Shown here: positions 9,080 to 18,072 of the stretch, in pieces
Layout: the number at the start of each line of letters is the position of its first letter
Numbering within the stretch: the stretch's first letter is position 1
Assembly: GCA_045603585.1 (NCBI GenBank)
Contig: JAZUMK010000013.1
Location: 45,914-109,913 of the forward strand
DNA from: Clostridia bacterium
GTDB lineage: Bacteria > Bacillota > Clostridia > Christensenellales > CAG-138
Direction: 5' to 3'
Length of the DNA: 64,000 nucleotides
Made by a program: the position numbers and the translations under genes
Notes under the pieces: model-generated
Told to the model about the DNA's origin: nothing
The model's database searches: none
What the model saw: only the letters and a program-made list of their open reading frames with translations

Positions 9080-9283
9080 ATGGCAAAAAAGGAACTTACA
9101 TTCGAGCAGGCAAAGGAAAAACTGGACGGTATCGTTGAAAAGCTGTCCTCCGGCAATTTGCCCATAGATCAGATGGTAAAGCTGTATGAAGAGGGCGCGG
9201 AGCTTTCCAGGCATTGCCTGAGCTTGCTTGAGGCATATGAGGCCAGGCTGGATCAGGTGGACAAGTTTCTTATGGAGGGATAG
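9080..9283 (+). CDS. xseB: Exodeoxyribonuclease VII small subunit
   Basis: 67 aa, FEQAKEKLDGIVEKLSSGNLPIDQMVKLYEEG. Confidence 0.9.
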   Translation: MAKKELTFEQAKEKLDGIVEKLSSGNLPIDQMVKLYEEGAELSRHCLSLLEAYEARLDQVDKFLMEG

Positions 9284-9285
9284 CT

Positions 9286-10170
9286 GTGGGATTTGCTGAA
9301 GAAACCAGAGAATACCGTGAAGTGATAGAATCTGCCCTGAGCGGATACATGGCAAATTGTGGAGCGCCCCGGCAGCTTCATGAGGCCATGGAATACAGCC
9401 TCAAGGCAGGGGGCAAGCGGCTTCGCCCTGTGCTGACCCTTTATACCTGCAATATGCTGGGCGGGGATTATCGCCGCGCAGTTCCTTATGCCTGTGCATT
9501 GGAGATGATCCATACATATTCCCTTATTCACGATGACCTTCCCTGCATGGATGACGACGATTTCCGCAGGGGCAGACCCTCAAACCATAAGGTGTTCGGC
9601 GAAGCAAATGCTGTATTGGCAGGAGACGGCCTGCTGTCATATGCGTTTGATATAATGCTGAATGCGGCAAAGACAGACCTTAGCGAAAACGCGATAAACG
9701 CAGCCCTTGCAGTTTCAAAGGGCGCAGGCGTAAGCGGGATGGTTGCAGGGCAGGTAATTGACCTGGCTTCTGAAACCGCGGAAAATACCGGAATCGATGA
9801 ACTGCGCTTTATTCAGGCCAACAAGACAGCGGCCATGATAAAGGCCGCAATACTTGCGGGCGCACATATTGCAGGCGCAAATCAGGAACAGCTTGCTGCC
9901 CTTGGCCAATTCGGTGAAGCTTATGGCGCGCTGTTCCAGATGACGGATGATATCTTGGATGTTGAGGGGGACTTTGAAGGCATGGGCAAGACCCTCGGCA
10001 AGGATCTGGAGGAGAATAAGCTTACATACATCTCCCTGTACGGAATGGATAAAGCCAAGGAACTGGCATGCCGGACGGCAGATAAAGCTGTAGAAGCCAT
10101 AGAAATATTCGGAGAAGGAGCGGCGCTGTTAAGGGATCTTGCAATAAGCTGCCTCAGCCGCCGCAGCTGA
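9286..10170 (+). CDS. ispA: Polyprenyl (farnesyl/geranylgeranyl) diphosphate synthase
   Basis: Two Asp-rich motifs, LIHDDLPCMDDDDFRRG and QMTDDILD. GTG start. Confidence 0.9.
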   Translation: MGFAEETREYREVIESALSGYMANCGAPRQLHEAMEYSLKAGGKRLRPVLTLYTCNMLGGDYRRAVPYACALEMIHTYSLIHDDLPCMDDDDFRRGRPSNHKVFGEANAVLAGDGLLSYAFDIMLNAAKTDLSENAINAALAVSKGAGVSGMVAGQVIDLASETAENTGIDELRFIQANKTAAMIKAAILAGAHIAGANQEQLAALGQFGEAYGALFQMTDDILDVEGDFEGMGKTLGKDLEENKLTYISLYGMDKAKELACRTADKAVEAIEIFGEGAALLRDLAISCLSRRS

Positions 10171-10190
10171 TATAATGAACAATCAGCCCC

Positions 10191-10442
10191 ATGGATGAAG
10201 ATATGCTGCAGCGCATTGGCAGGGCAGCCAAGATAATAATTACCGTGGAGGATGGCCTGGCCAGCGGAGGAATGGGCAGCAAAATTACAGAGCGTTTTTC
10301 GGGCAGAGTAAAGGTTATCCGTATAGGCATCGGAGAGGATCCCGTGCAGCAGGCCTCTCCAAAGGAGCAGGATGTATTCTGCGGTATGGATGAAGAAAGC
10401 ATTAAAAGGGTGATAAGCCTTGCGATGGAGGAAGTTAAATGA
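10191..10442 (+). pseudogene. dxs: Remnant of 1-deoxy-D-xylulose-5-phosphate synthase: only the last ~80 codons remain
   Basis: The 83-aa ORF ...IIITVEDGLASGGMGSKITERF...VIRIGIGEDPVQQASPKEQDVFCGMDEESIKRVI matches the extreme C-terminus of Dxs and sits in the dxs slot between ispA and tlyA. No SD sequence is present. Confidence 0.75.
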
Positions 10443-11245
10443 GCGGAGTAAGAGCGGATATAAGGCTTGTGGAGCTTGGCCTTGCACCGAGCAGGGAAAA
10501 GGCACGTTCCCTTATAATGGCAGGGGAGGTATATCTGGATACTGCCAGAATCGATAAACCCGGAGCATCCGTGCCGGAAGATTGCGTTCTTACGGTTAAG
10601 GAGCAGGCCATTCCATTTGTCAGCCGCGGCGGATTGAAGCTGGATAAGGCGGTAAGAAAGTATGGCCTGTCTTTGCAGGACAAGGTGGCCATGGATATCG
10701 GCGCATCCACTGGCGGGTTTACAGACTGCATGCTGCAGAACGGCGCGGCAAAGGTATATGCCATAGACGTTGGATACGGCCAGCTGGATTGGAAGCTGAG
10801 AAATGATCCAAGGGTAGTTGTAATGGAACGCACCAATGCCCGCAATATGGAGCCGGCCTGGTTTGCAGAACAGCCTGAATTTGCCTCCATCGATGTTTCT
10901 TTTATATCCGTTAAGCTGATACTGCCGGGCATGTATGCAAGCCTTAAAGAGGGCTCAAAGGCAGTTGTGCTGGTAAAGCCTCAGTTTGAAGCCGGCAGAG
11001 GCAAGGTGGGAAAAAACGGAGTTGTCCGCGAAAAGGAGACCCACAGGCAGGTTGTGGAGGAAACGGCGCTGTTTGCTCAGAGCCTTGGCTTTGCTGTGGA
11101 GCAGGTGGATTATTCTCCCATTACAGGCCCGAAGGGCAATATTGAATTTTTGCTGGTGCTTTGTAAAAATGCCTCAGAACAGCAGGATAATATTGCAGAA
11201 TGGGTAAAAAAAGTTGTTGATTATGCTCATGAAGAACTGGATTGA
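10439..11245 (+). CDS. tlyA: TlyA-family rRNA (cytidine-2'-O)-methyltransferase
   Basis: S4 domain RADIRLVELGLAPSREKARSLIMAG followed by the FtsJ-like motif DIGASTGGFTDC. Confidence 0.9.
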   Translation: MSGVRADIRLVELGLAPSREKARSLIMAGEVYLDTARIDKPGASVPEDCVLTVKEQAIPFVSRGGLKLDKAVRKYGLSLQDKVAMDIGASTGGFTDCMLQNGAAKVYAIDVGYGQLDWKLRNDPRVVVMERTNARNMEPAWFAEQPEFASIDVSFISVKLILPGMYASLKEGSKAVVLVKPQFEAGRGKVGKNGVVREKETHRQVVEETALFAQSLGFAVEQVDYSPITGPKGNIEFLLVLCKNASEQQDNIAEWVKKVVDYAHEELD

Positions 11246-11288
11246 TGCATTAATATTCCAAAATTATATAAAATTTTCACATTTTGTC

Positions 11289-11318
11289 TTGAAAAATGTT
11301 GATTAAAGGGCATATAAT
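11289..11318 (+). promoter_or_regulatory. Putative sigma-A-type promoter for nadK
   Basis: TTGAAA (11289-11294), an 18-nt spacer, then TATAAT (11313-11318). Confidence 0.45.
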
Positions 11319-11346
11319 ATATGAAAGGGTAATTACGGCATAAAAT

Positions 11347-12168
11347 ATGCGAGTAAACAGTATCGGCATATTTACAAATCCCAGCAATGACGGTGCGCTG
11401 GATGCAGTGCAGGCAATACGCCTTGCGGCTTCGGTGCGCGGCATTTCCTGCTACATTGACAAGTCTTTGCAGGATATCGATCAATTTCAAGGCTTAGAAA
11501 CCACAGAAACCAATACTCCCGATTTAATGATAGCTATGGGTGGAGACGGTACAATACTTAGGGCGGCAAATTATGTCGCAGATAAGGGCGTACCGCTTCT
11601 TGGTATCAACTTTGGCAGGATAGGCTTTCTCAGCGAAATAAATGTGGATAACTTTTCCGATGCTATCGATGCCATACGCCGGGATAACTTCATCTTTGAT
11701 AAATGCATGATGCTGGCCTGCAGTATTAACGGCGGCGAGCCCATACACTGTCTCAACGAGGCCGTGCTGTATCGCAAGGATTTTTCCGGCGTGGTTTCCA
11801 TAAATGTAAACATCAACGGCGCAGATGCTGGCACGGTTTCCTGCGATGGATTGATAGTCAGCACCCCCACCGGTGCAACGGGATATTCCATCTCAGCAGG
11901 CGGTCCCATAATAGCTCCCGGTATAGATGCAGATATTATTACCCCTATCTGCCCCCATACCTTAAGCTTCAGGCCCATAATCGCCCCGCCGGATTCCAAT
12001 GTTCGTCTCACATTAAATCAGGAAGGCTTTTTGGCAATGGACGGCATAAATACCGTCAGGGTATTGCCTTCGGATGTGATAAATATCACCCGCAGCGGTC
12101 AAAGCGTCAGCTTTGTTCGGCTGGGCGAGAGGAATCTGTTCCAGCTTATACGAAACAAGCTGTCCTGA
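11347..12168 (+). CDS. nadK: NAD kinase
   Basis: GGDGTILRAA motif and the typical length. Confidence 0.9.
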   Translation: MRVNSIGIFTNPSNDGALDAVQAIRLAASVRGISCYIDKSLQDIDQFQGLETTETNTPDLMIAMGGDGTILRAANYVADKGVPLLGINFGRIGFLSEINVDNFSDAIDAIRRDNFIFDKCMMLACSINGGEPIHCLNEAVLYRKDFSGVVSINVNINGADAGTVSCDGLIVSTPTGATGYSISAGGPIIAPGIDADIITPICPHTLSFRPIIAPPDSNVRLTLNQEGFLAMDGINTVRVLPSDVINITRSGQSVSFVRLGERNLFQLIRNKLS

Positions 12169-12246
12169 TGATAAGCCCCCAATATTACAGAATGCAATTA
12201 TTTCACATATAATCGCAGATGAAATACCCTTATGGAGGAGCACAGC

Positions 12247-12699
12247 ATGAAATCCGCAAGACAGACAATGATTCTTGAACTGATCGACCAGTATGATATA
12301 GATACTCAGGACGAACTTGCTTCTATGCTCAAAGCCCGTGGTTTGAAGGTCACACAGGCCACGGTATCCAGGGATATCAAAGATCTCAGGCTTATCAAAG
12401 TGCTGTCTGATGACGGCGCTTACAAGTATGCAACTGTGGATAAGGCAGAGGCAGACCTTAAGGACAGGTTTATCAATATTTTTGCCCATTCTGTAATTTC
12501 CATGGCAGCAACAGGAAATCTCGTTGTGGTAAAAACCATCCCCGGAACTGCCAGCGCCGCAGCGGAGGCCATCGACTCCATGCGCATGGATGAGGTGGTA
12601 GGTACGATAGCCGGCGATAATTCCATATTTATTGCGGTCAAGGATTCCACAGATACCGCCGAGCTTATCAAGCGGTTTCAGGCAATGCTTAAATTTTAA
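12247..12699 (+). CDS. argR: Arginine repressor
   Basis: MKSARQTMILELIDQYDIDTQDELASMLKARGLKVTQATVSRDIKDL wHTH domain and GTIAGDNSIF C-terminal domain. GGAGGAG RBS lies 6 nt before ATG 12247. Confidence 0.9.
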   Translation: MKSARQTMILELIDQYDIDTQDELASMLKARGLKVTQATVSRDIKDLRLIKVLSDDGAYKYATVDKAEADLKDRFINIFAHSVISMAATGNLVVVKTIPGTASAAAEAIDSMRMDEVVGTIAGDNSIFIAVKDSTDTAELIKRFQAMLKF

Positions 12700-12714
12700 A
12701 ACGTTGGAGAATTA

Positions 12715-14412
12715 ATGCTAAACAGGTTATCCATAAAAAACGTCGCTCTGATAGAGCGGCTGAATATTGAATTTGATGATGGATTTAACGTGCTGACCGG
12801 TGAAACCGGCGCCGGAAAATCCATTATTATTGATGCGGTAAATCTTGTTCTTGGCGAGCGCGCCAGCAAGGAACTTATTAAAAGCGGCGCAGAAAAGGCA
12901 TCGGTTGAGGCGGAGTTTGATATTGCCCGCATACCGGCCGTTAAGCGCATGCTGGAAGAAAACGAACTGGATGGGGATGACAGCCTTTTTATATCCCGCG
13001 ACCTTTCTGTTTCCGGCAAAAACGTATGCCGCATAAACGGCACCCTTGTAAATCTTGCGACCCTCAAGCAGATAACAGACCTGCTTGTGGATGTGCATGG
13101 TCAGCATGAGCATCAATCGCTGCTCAGCCAGAATAAGCATATAAACTTTCTGGATTCCTTTGACCATGAGGCAATCGACGGCATCAGGGCAAATGTTCGT
13201 GAGCTTTACAGCGAATACCGCAGGGTGAAGGACGCTATGCTCAGCGGCTTTTCCTCAGAGGATGAGCGGGCCAGAGAGATGGATATATTGCGCTATCAGA
13301 TCGGGGAAATCCAAAAGGCGGGATTGTCCTGCGACGAAGAAGCTGCTCTCAGTGAAGAAAAAGACGTTTTGATGAACGCAGAGCGTATTATGGCGGCGCT
13401 TCAGGAAAGCTGCGAAGCCATAATGGGAGACAACGGTGCCGTTGACCTTATGAAATCCGCATCCGGCAGTATGGATGGAATTTCCTGCTTTTCCGCAGAA
13501 TATTCCGATGCAGCCAAACGCCTGGAAGAGGCATTCTATGCCGTTCAGGATATGGGCTACGTCATAAGGGATATGAGAAACTCCTTTGAGTTTGACCCTG
13601 CACGTATAGACGAAATACAGCAGCGGCTGGAAGTGTATTCTGCAATTAAGAAAAAGTATGGCCCCGATATAGAGGATGTGAACAGCTTCCTTGAAAAGGC
13701 TCAGCTTCGCCTCGAAGAGCTGGATAATGCGGCTCAAATGCGGGAAACACTGGAAAAAGAGCTGAACCGGATAAGCACAAAGTACATTGAGGCCGCATCA
13801 ACCCTTACTGCTGCGCGAAAAAGTGCCGCCGGGGAGCTTGCAAAGGAGCTTCTGTTGCAGCTAAAAGACCTTGGCATGGAAAAGGCCCGCTTTGATGTTG
13901 GCTTTGAAAGAATTGAAACATTCGGCGCAAACGGCATGGATAAGGTGGAATTTATGATGTCTGCCAATCCCGGCGAAGCGCTCAAGCCATTGGAAAAGGT
14001 GGCATCCGGCGGTGAAATGTCCCGAATCATGCTGGCGTTTAAAGCCATTGCTGCCAGAGCAGATTCCATTCCCACGCTGATATTCGATGAAATCGATACA
14101 GGCATAAGCGGCCGCATCGCTTCTGTGGTGGGCGGGAAAATGGTAAATATTTCGGACTCACATCAGGTGCTGTGCGTTACTCATCTGCCCCAGATCGCGG
14201 CTCTTGCAGACGCCCACTTTATGGTGGAAAAGAGCGACGATGGAGAGCATACCAAAACGGATATGCGAAGGCTGTCCCTTGAGGAGCGGTATGAATATCT
14301 TGCCCGCATGATGGACGGCGCTCAGAGTTCTTCCTTTGCCTATGACCATGCAAAAGAGCTTATTTCTGCATCTGAGGCGGATAAGGCCAAGCGAAGAAAG
14401 CAAAATTCATAG
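12715..14412 (+). CDS. recN: DNA repair protein RecN
   Basis: GETGAGKSIIIDA Walker A motif, coiled-coil middle region, ASGGEMSRIMLA signature, LIFDEIDTGISG. Confidence 0.95.
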   Translation: MLNRLSIKNVALIERLNIEFDDGFNVLTGETGAGKSIIIDAVNLVLGERASKELIKSGAEKASVEAEFDIARIPAVKRMLEENELDGDDSLFISRDLSVSGKNVCRINGTLVNLATLKQITDLLVDVHGQHEHQSLLSQNKHINFLDSFDHEAIDGIRANVRELYSEYRRVKDAMLSGFSSEDERAREMDILRYQIGEIQKAGLSCDEEAALSEEKDVLMNAERIMAALQESCEAIMGDNGAVDLMKSASGSMDGISCFSAEYSDAAKRLEEAFYAVQDMGYVIRDMRNSFEFDPARIDEIQQRLEVYSAIKKKYGPDIEDVNSFLEKAQLRLEELDNAAQMRETLEKELNRISTKYIEAASTLTAARKSAAGELAKELLLQLKDLGMEKARFDVGFERIETFGANGMDKVEFMMSANPGEALKPLEKVASGGEMSRIMLAFKAIAARADSIPTLIFDEIDTGISGRIASVVGGKMVNISDSHQVLCVTHLPQIAALADAHFMVEKSDDGEHTKTDMRRLSLEERYEYLARMMDGAQSSSFAYDHAKELISASEADKAKRRKQNS

Positions 14413-14443
14413 CATTAAATACACCCTTATTACAAATCATAAA

Positions 14444-14480
14444 CACTGTGGGCTTAGTCCACGGTGTTTTATTTTGTTTT
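14444..14480 (+). terminator. Rho-independent terminator after recN
   Basis: Stem CACTGTGG / CCACGGTG (one G-U pair) followed by TTTTATTTTGTTTT. Confidence 0.6.
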
Positions 14481-14493
14481 AAGGCGGATGTAT

Positions 14494-15714
14494 ATGAAAG
14501 AAAGAATGAAAAGCAGATATACAAGATGCATGGGCGTAATGCTGTGCATCGGATTGCTGTGCTTTAATTCAGGGGAGCAGATGAGCTATATCCGCAGCCT
14601 GCCGGATAAATTAACGCTGCAGCAGCTGGAGGAGCTAAAGGAGTGTGCGGATGGCCCCATTGGGCTGAGAGCTGGAGAAAGCCAACAAGTGGCAGGGGAT
14701 ATGTCTGAAAATTTATCAGACAATACCGTCAATGTCACATTGATGGGCATCCCAATCAGGCAGATGGTGGTATCTGCAAACAGCGATTTACGCCTTATGC
14801 CGGGCGGGGTGCCCATAGGCGTTTCAATATATACGGACGGAGTATTGGTGGTAGGCCTGGGCAGCGTAAAGGAAATGGAAAATATTTGCCCTGCTGCAGA
14901 TGGGGGGATAAAGGCAGGGGACGTGATAGTTTCGGTAAATGGAGAAGAGCTTGAGGATTCGCTGCATTTGAGCAGATTATGTTCGGCAGGCGGAGAGCTT
15001 AATATGACAATACGGCGGAATAATCAAATATCTTATCATACCGTGACACCAATATACGATGATGAGGCTGAGGCTTATCTTGCAGGAATGTGGGTCAGGG
15101 ACAGTACATCAGGCATTGGCACGCTGTCATATTGGGATATGCAAAGCGGGCGGTACGGTGCGCTGGGGCATCCCATTACGGATTCGGATACAGGCTCAGT
15201 AATAGACGTAAAGGATGGCAGCGTAATAAAATCCAACATTATCGGGGTATCTGCCGGTTCAAACGGTTCGCCGGGTGAAGTGATAGGCTCTTTTTCCTCC
15301 AACGGAGAAAAGTGGGGGGATATAGATATAAATTGCGAATTCGGCATTTACGGTGATGCTTCCGGCATGCCCGATAATCCCATTTATCCGGATGGCCTGC
15401 CAATCGGAAGGGCGGAGGAGGTTTACATAGGAGAGGCGGAAATACTCTGCACCGTAACGGATGGCGGGATTTCTGCATATGAGTGTGAAATTGTAAAGCT
15501 GTTTCCAAAGGACGAATCCGGCAGCAAGGGCATTGTGCTGAAGGTCACATCTTCGGAGCTTATCCAAATAACCGGCGGAATTGTGCAGGGCATGAGCGGC
15601 AGTCCGATTATTCAGGACGGCAAACTGGTGGGAGCGGTGACCCATGTGCTGGTGAATGATCCGACCAGAGGGTATGGGATTTTTATAGAAAATATGCTAG
15701 ATGCAGCAGGGTAA
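14494..15714 (+). CDS. spoIVB: SpoIVB peptidase (S55)
   Basis: PDZ-like [25 protein letters not shown] (His) and [37 protein letters not shown] (Ser). ATG 14494 (or 14488) follows the recN terminator. Confidence 0.9.
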   Translation: [406 protein letters not shown]

Positions 15715-15718
15715 AAGC

Positions 15719-15749
15719 ATGGCAGGGGCAGAAAGCCCCTGCCATTTTA
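15719..15749 (+). terminator. Rho-independent terminator after spoIVB
   Basis: 11-bp perfect stem ATGGCAGGGGC / GCCCCTGCCAT, 5-nt loop, TTTT tail. Confidence 0.8.
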
Positions 15750-15758
15750 GTTTACTAT

Positions 15759-15812
15759 AAAAGTGCAACTTCAAGTTGCACTTTTGCAAAAGTAGGTTGG
15801 TAGCATTAATAT
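15759..15812 (+). promoter_or_regulatory. Overlapping palindromes (candidate operator) fused to a sigma-A-type promoter for the XRE gene
   Basis: 13-bp arms AAAAGTGCAACTT-C-AAGTTGCACTTTT (15759-15785) overlap the 14-bp palindrome ACTTTTGCAAAAGT (15780-15793). TTGCAA (15784-15789), 17 nt, TAATAT (15807-15812). Confidence 0.5.
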
Positions 15813-15853
15813 GCTTTCTGCCTTAAAATTAAGACACCAAAGGAGGTGTTCAT

Positions 15854-16393
15854 ATGAGTTTTTCAGAAAATCTAAAACAAATCAGAAAAGAACATCATCT
15901 GTCTCAGGAAGAATTGGCGGAACTGCTGGATGTAAGCCGACAGGCTGTTTCAAAATGGGAGCAGGGACAGGGATATCCGGAAGTGGAAAAATTGCTGGTA
16001 CTGTCTTCTCAATTAAACATTTCGTTGGATGCGCTTATGTCCAATGAGATCGGCTGCGATCGTGGCTCAAAAGGTACAAACGTAACGGGCTCAATTGTTA
16101 TTACTTCTCCTCATGAGAACGTGATTGCAACCTGTTACAAGGTAGCTGCATCCGGCAAAATGCGTGGCGGAAAAAATTCTCCGCAGTATATATTGTTCGG
16201 TGTTGATCGAGGCGGTTCGAATTTCTGGGGAGAACCGACTACGTTTCTGGGGTGGTATGCCAGCGAAGAACAGATCTCAAAAGAAATTGCAGAAATTTAT
16301 AGAGCGATTTCGCAGGGGGTTCCAACTTATACACTGCAATTTAGCGCAAAGACTCAGCGCCGTTGGGCAAGTGTAAAGATAGTTGAAGAATGA
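15854..16393 (+). CDS. XRE-family HTH transcriptional regulator with an uncharacterised C-terminal domain
   Basis: N-terminus LKQIRKEHHLSQEELAELLDVSRQAVSKWEQGQGYPEVEKLLVLSSQLNISLDALM. The gene looks AT-richer than its flanks. Confidence 0.85.
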   Translation: MSFSENLKQIRKEHHLSQEELAELLDVSRQAVSKWEQGQGYPEVEKLLVLSSQLNISLDALMSNEIGCDRGSKGTNVTGSIVITSPHENVIATCYKVAASGKMRGGKNSPQYILFGVDRGGSNFWGEPTTFLGWYASEEQISKEIAEIYRAISQGVPTYTLQFSAKTQRRWASVKIVEE

Positions 16394-16427
16394 CTAAAAC
16401 TGTTGTCCCTAATGACAATCATCCGTG

Positions 16428-16535
16428 TCGGGCTCACCCATCATTTAGAATGGGAAACTGGTGGGTGCCGTTACTCACGTGCTGGTGAATGATCCGACGA
16501 GAGGGTATGGGATTTATATTGAAAATATGCTTTAG
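16428..16535 (+). pseudogene. Orphan, decayed copy of the spoIVB 3' end
   Basis: Translates as [34 protein letters not shown], collinear with codons at 15595-15699 of the intact gene (~80% nt identity by hand alignment). It has an internal TAG. Confidence 0.8.
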
Positions 16536-16553
16536 GCAACGGGGGGGATGATT

Positions 16554-16583
16554 TTGCAGGGAAGGTTTGCCCCTGCAATTTTC
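16554..16583 (+). terminator. Terminator following the spoIVB remnant, related to the one at 15719-15749
   Basis: Stem TTGCAGGG / CCCTGCAA followed by TTTT. It shares the GCAGGG...CCCTGC core with the spoIVB terminator. Confidence 0.6.
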
Positions 16584-16650
16584 CATGTTTGTATGATACA
16601 ATAGTATTGCTTGATTATTGTATTTAGAGGACAAAACAGGAGCGCTGCCT

Positions 16651-17292
16651 ATGAAAATATTGGTAACAGGCTTTGAGCCGTTTGACGGAGAAAAGATAAA
16701 TCCTTCACAGCAAATTGTACACCGTCTGGTAGCACCGGAAGGTACAAGCCTTATAAAGGCAATTTTGCCGGTGGAATTTACAGGGGCTGCCGCGCAGTTG
16801 TGCACGCTGCTTGGGGGGCATAATCCGGATGCGGTGCTGTCCATTGGCCAGGCAGGAGGGCGTGCGGAAATCAGCATTGAGCGCGTTGCCATCAATATAG
16901 ACTGTGTAAAAAGTTCTGACGGCAGCGACCTGCTGCCGGATAATGCGGGGAATATGCCCGTTGATAAACCTATTGAATTGGATGGCCCGGCGGCATATTT
17001 TACAACGCTGCCCATGTGGGAGATAGTGGAAGCTATACGGCAAAACGGTATACCTGCTGCTGTTTCCAATTCTGCAGGTACATTTGTCTGCAATCATGTT
17101 ATGTATGTTAGCCTGCATCAGGCTGCTGTGCATTACCCAAGCATGAAGGCAGGTTTTATCCATGTGCCATTTTTACCTGAACAAATTATTAATAAAGATG
17201 AGCGGCATAGGCCGGCGGCCATGTCCATTGACGATATGGTTTCGGCATTGCAAACAGCACTGGAAGTGTTGGCAAAGGGCTGGGAAAAGTGA
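16651..17292 (+). CDS. pcp: Pyroglutamyl-peptidase I (pyrrolidone-carboxylate peptidase)
   Basis: MKILVTGFEPFDGEKINPS..., ...SNSAGTFVCNHVMY (Cys nucleophile), ...GFIHVP. Confidence 0.9.
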   Translation: MKILVTGFEPFDGEKINPSQQIVHRLVAPEGTSLIKAILPVEFTGAAAQLCTLLGGHNPDAVLSIGQAGGRAEISIERVAINIDCVKSSDGSDLLPDNAGNMPVDKPIELDGPAAYFTTLPMWEIVEAIRQNGIPAAVSNSAGTFVCNHVMYVSLHQAAVHYPSMKAGFIHVPFLPEQIINKDERHRPAAMSIDDMVSALQTALEVLAKGWEK

Positions 17293-17392
17293 CGATACAA
17301 ATCAAAGCAGGAGTGCTTGCTTCTGCTTTTTTGGTTGCATATGCTATCATATATAAAGGATCACATTGAAATGCTACAAACAGAGGCGTTCC

Positions 17393-18007
17393 ATGATAGA
17401 TAAGGAAAATATATGGGATAAGCTATTAAAAGTAAAAACAACCGGCCGGGATGATTCCAACTCCGACCAGTACCGTTATCCCTATGAGCCAACGCCGTAC
17501 AGCGTTTTGGAGCGATTGGCCAACAGCGGTTTTATCGGCAAAAAAGATGTGGTACTGGACTATGGCTGCGGCAAGGGACGCGTAGATTTTTTTCTGTCCT
17601 ATCAGACCAAAGCGGCTGCCGTGGGAATTGAATACGACGAACGGATTTACAGCAGCGCCACAGAAAATCAGAAGACTGCCCTTTCCAGAACAAGGACGAA
17701 ATTTGTGCTTGCGAGAGCGGAAGCGTATGAAGTGCCCGAGCAAGTGAACAGATTTTATTTCTTCAATCCCTTTTCTGTGGAGATACTGCATAAGGTCATT
17801 GCGAGAATACTTGATTCCTATTATGAAAATCCAAGGGAGGCCTTCTTGTTCTTCTATTATCCATCCGAGGAGTATGTTTCGTATCTGATGACAGTGGATG
17901 AACTGGAATTTTACGAAGAGATACCTTGCGGCGATTTATTCCAGGGGGATGACCCGAGGGAAAGGATCTTGATTTTTTTATTGCCTTATAAGAATGATGT
18001 ATCCTGA
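17393..18007 (+). CDS. Class I SAM-dependent methyltransferase
   Basis: VVLDYGCGKGRVDFFL motif I. AGAGG RBS precedes ATG 17393. Confidence 0.7.
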   Translation: MIDKENIWDKLLKVKTTGRDDSNSDQYRYPYEPTPYSVLERLANSGFIGKKDVVLDYGCGKGRVDFFLSYQTKAAAVGIEYDERIYSSATENQKTALSRTRTKFVLARAEAYEVPEQVNRFYFFNPFSVEILHKVIARILDSYYENPREAFLFFYYPSEEYVSYLMTVDELEFYEEIPCGDLFQGDDPRERILIFLLPYKNDVS

Positions 18008-18034
18008 AAGAAGTGTAAATAATACGGCAATATA

Positions 18035-18066
18035 AAAGGCAGGGGATAATCCCTGCCTTTGGTTTT
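18035..18066. terminator. Bidirectional terminator between convergent genes
   Basis: 10-bp perfect stem AAAGGCAGGG / CCCTGCCTTT with A/T-rich runs on both sides. Confidence 0.75.
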
Positions 18067-18072
18067 AAACGT

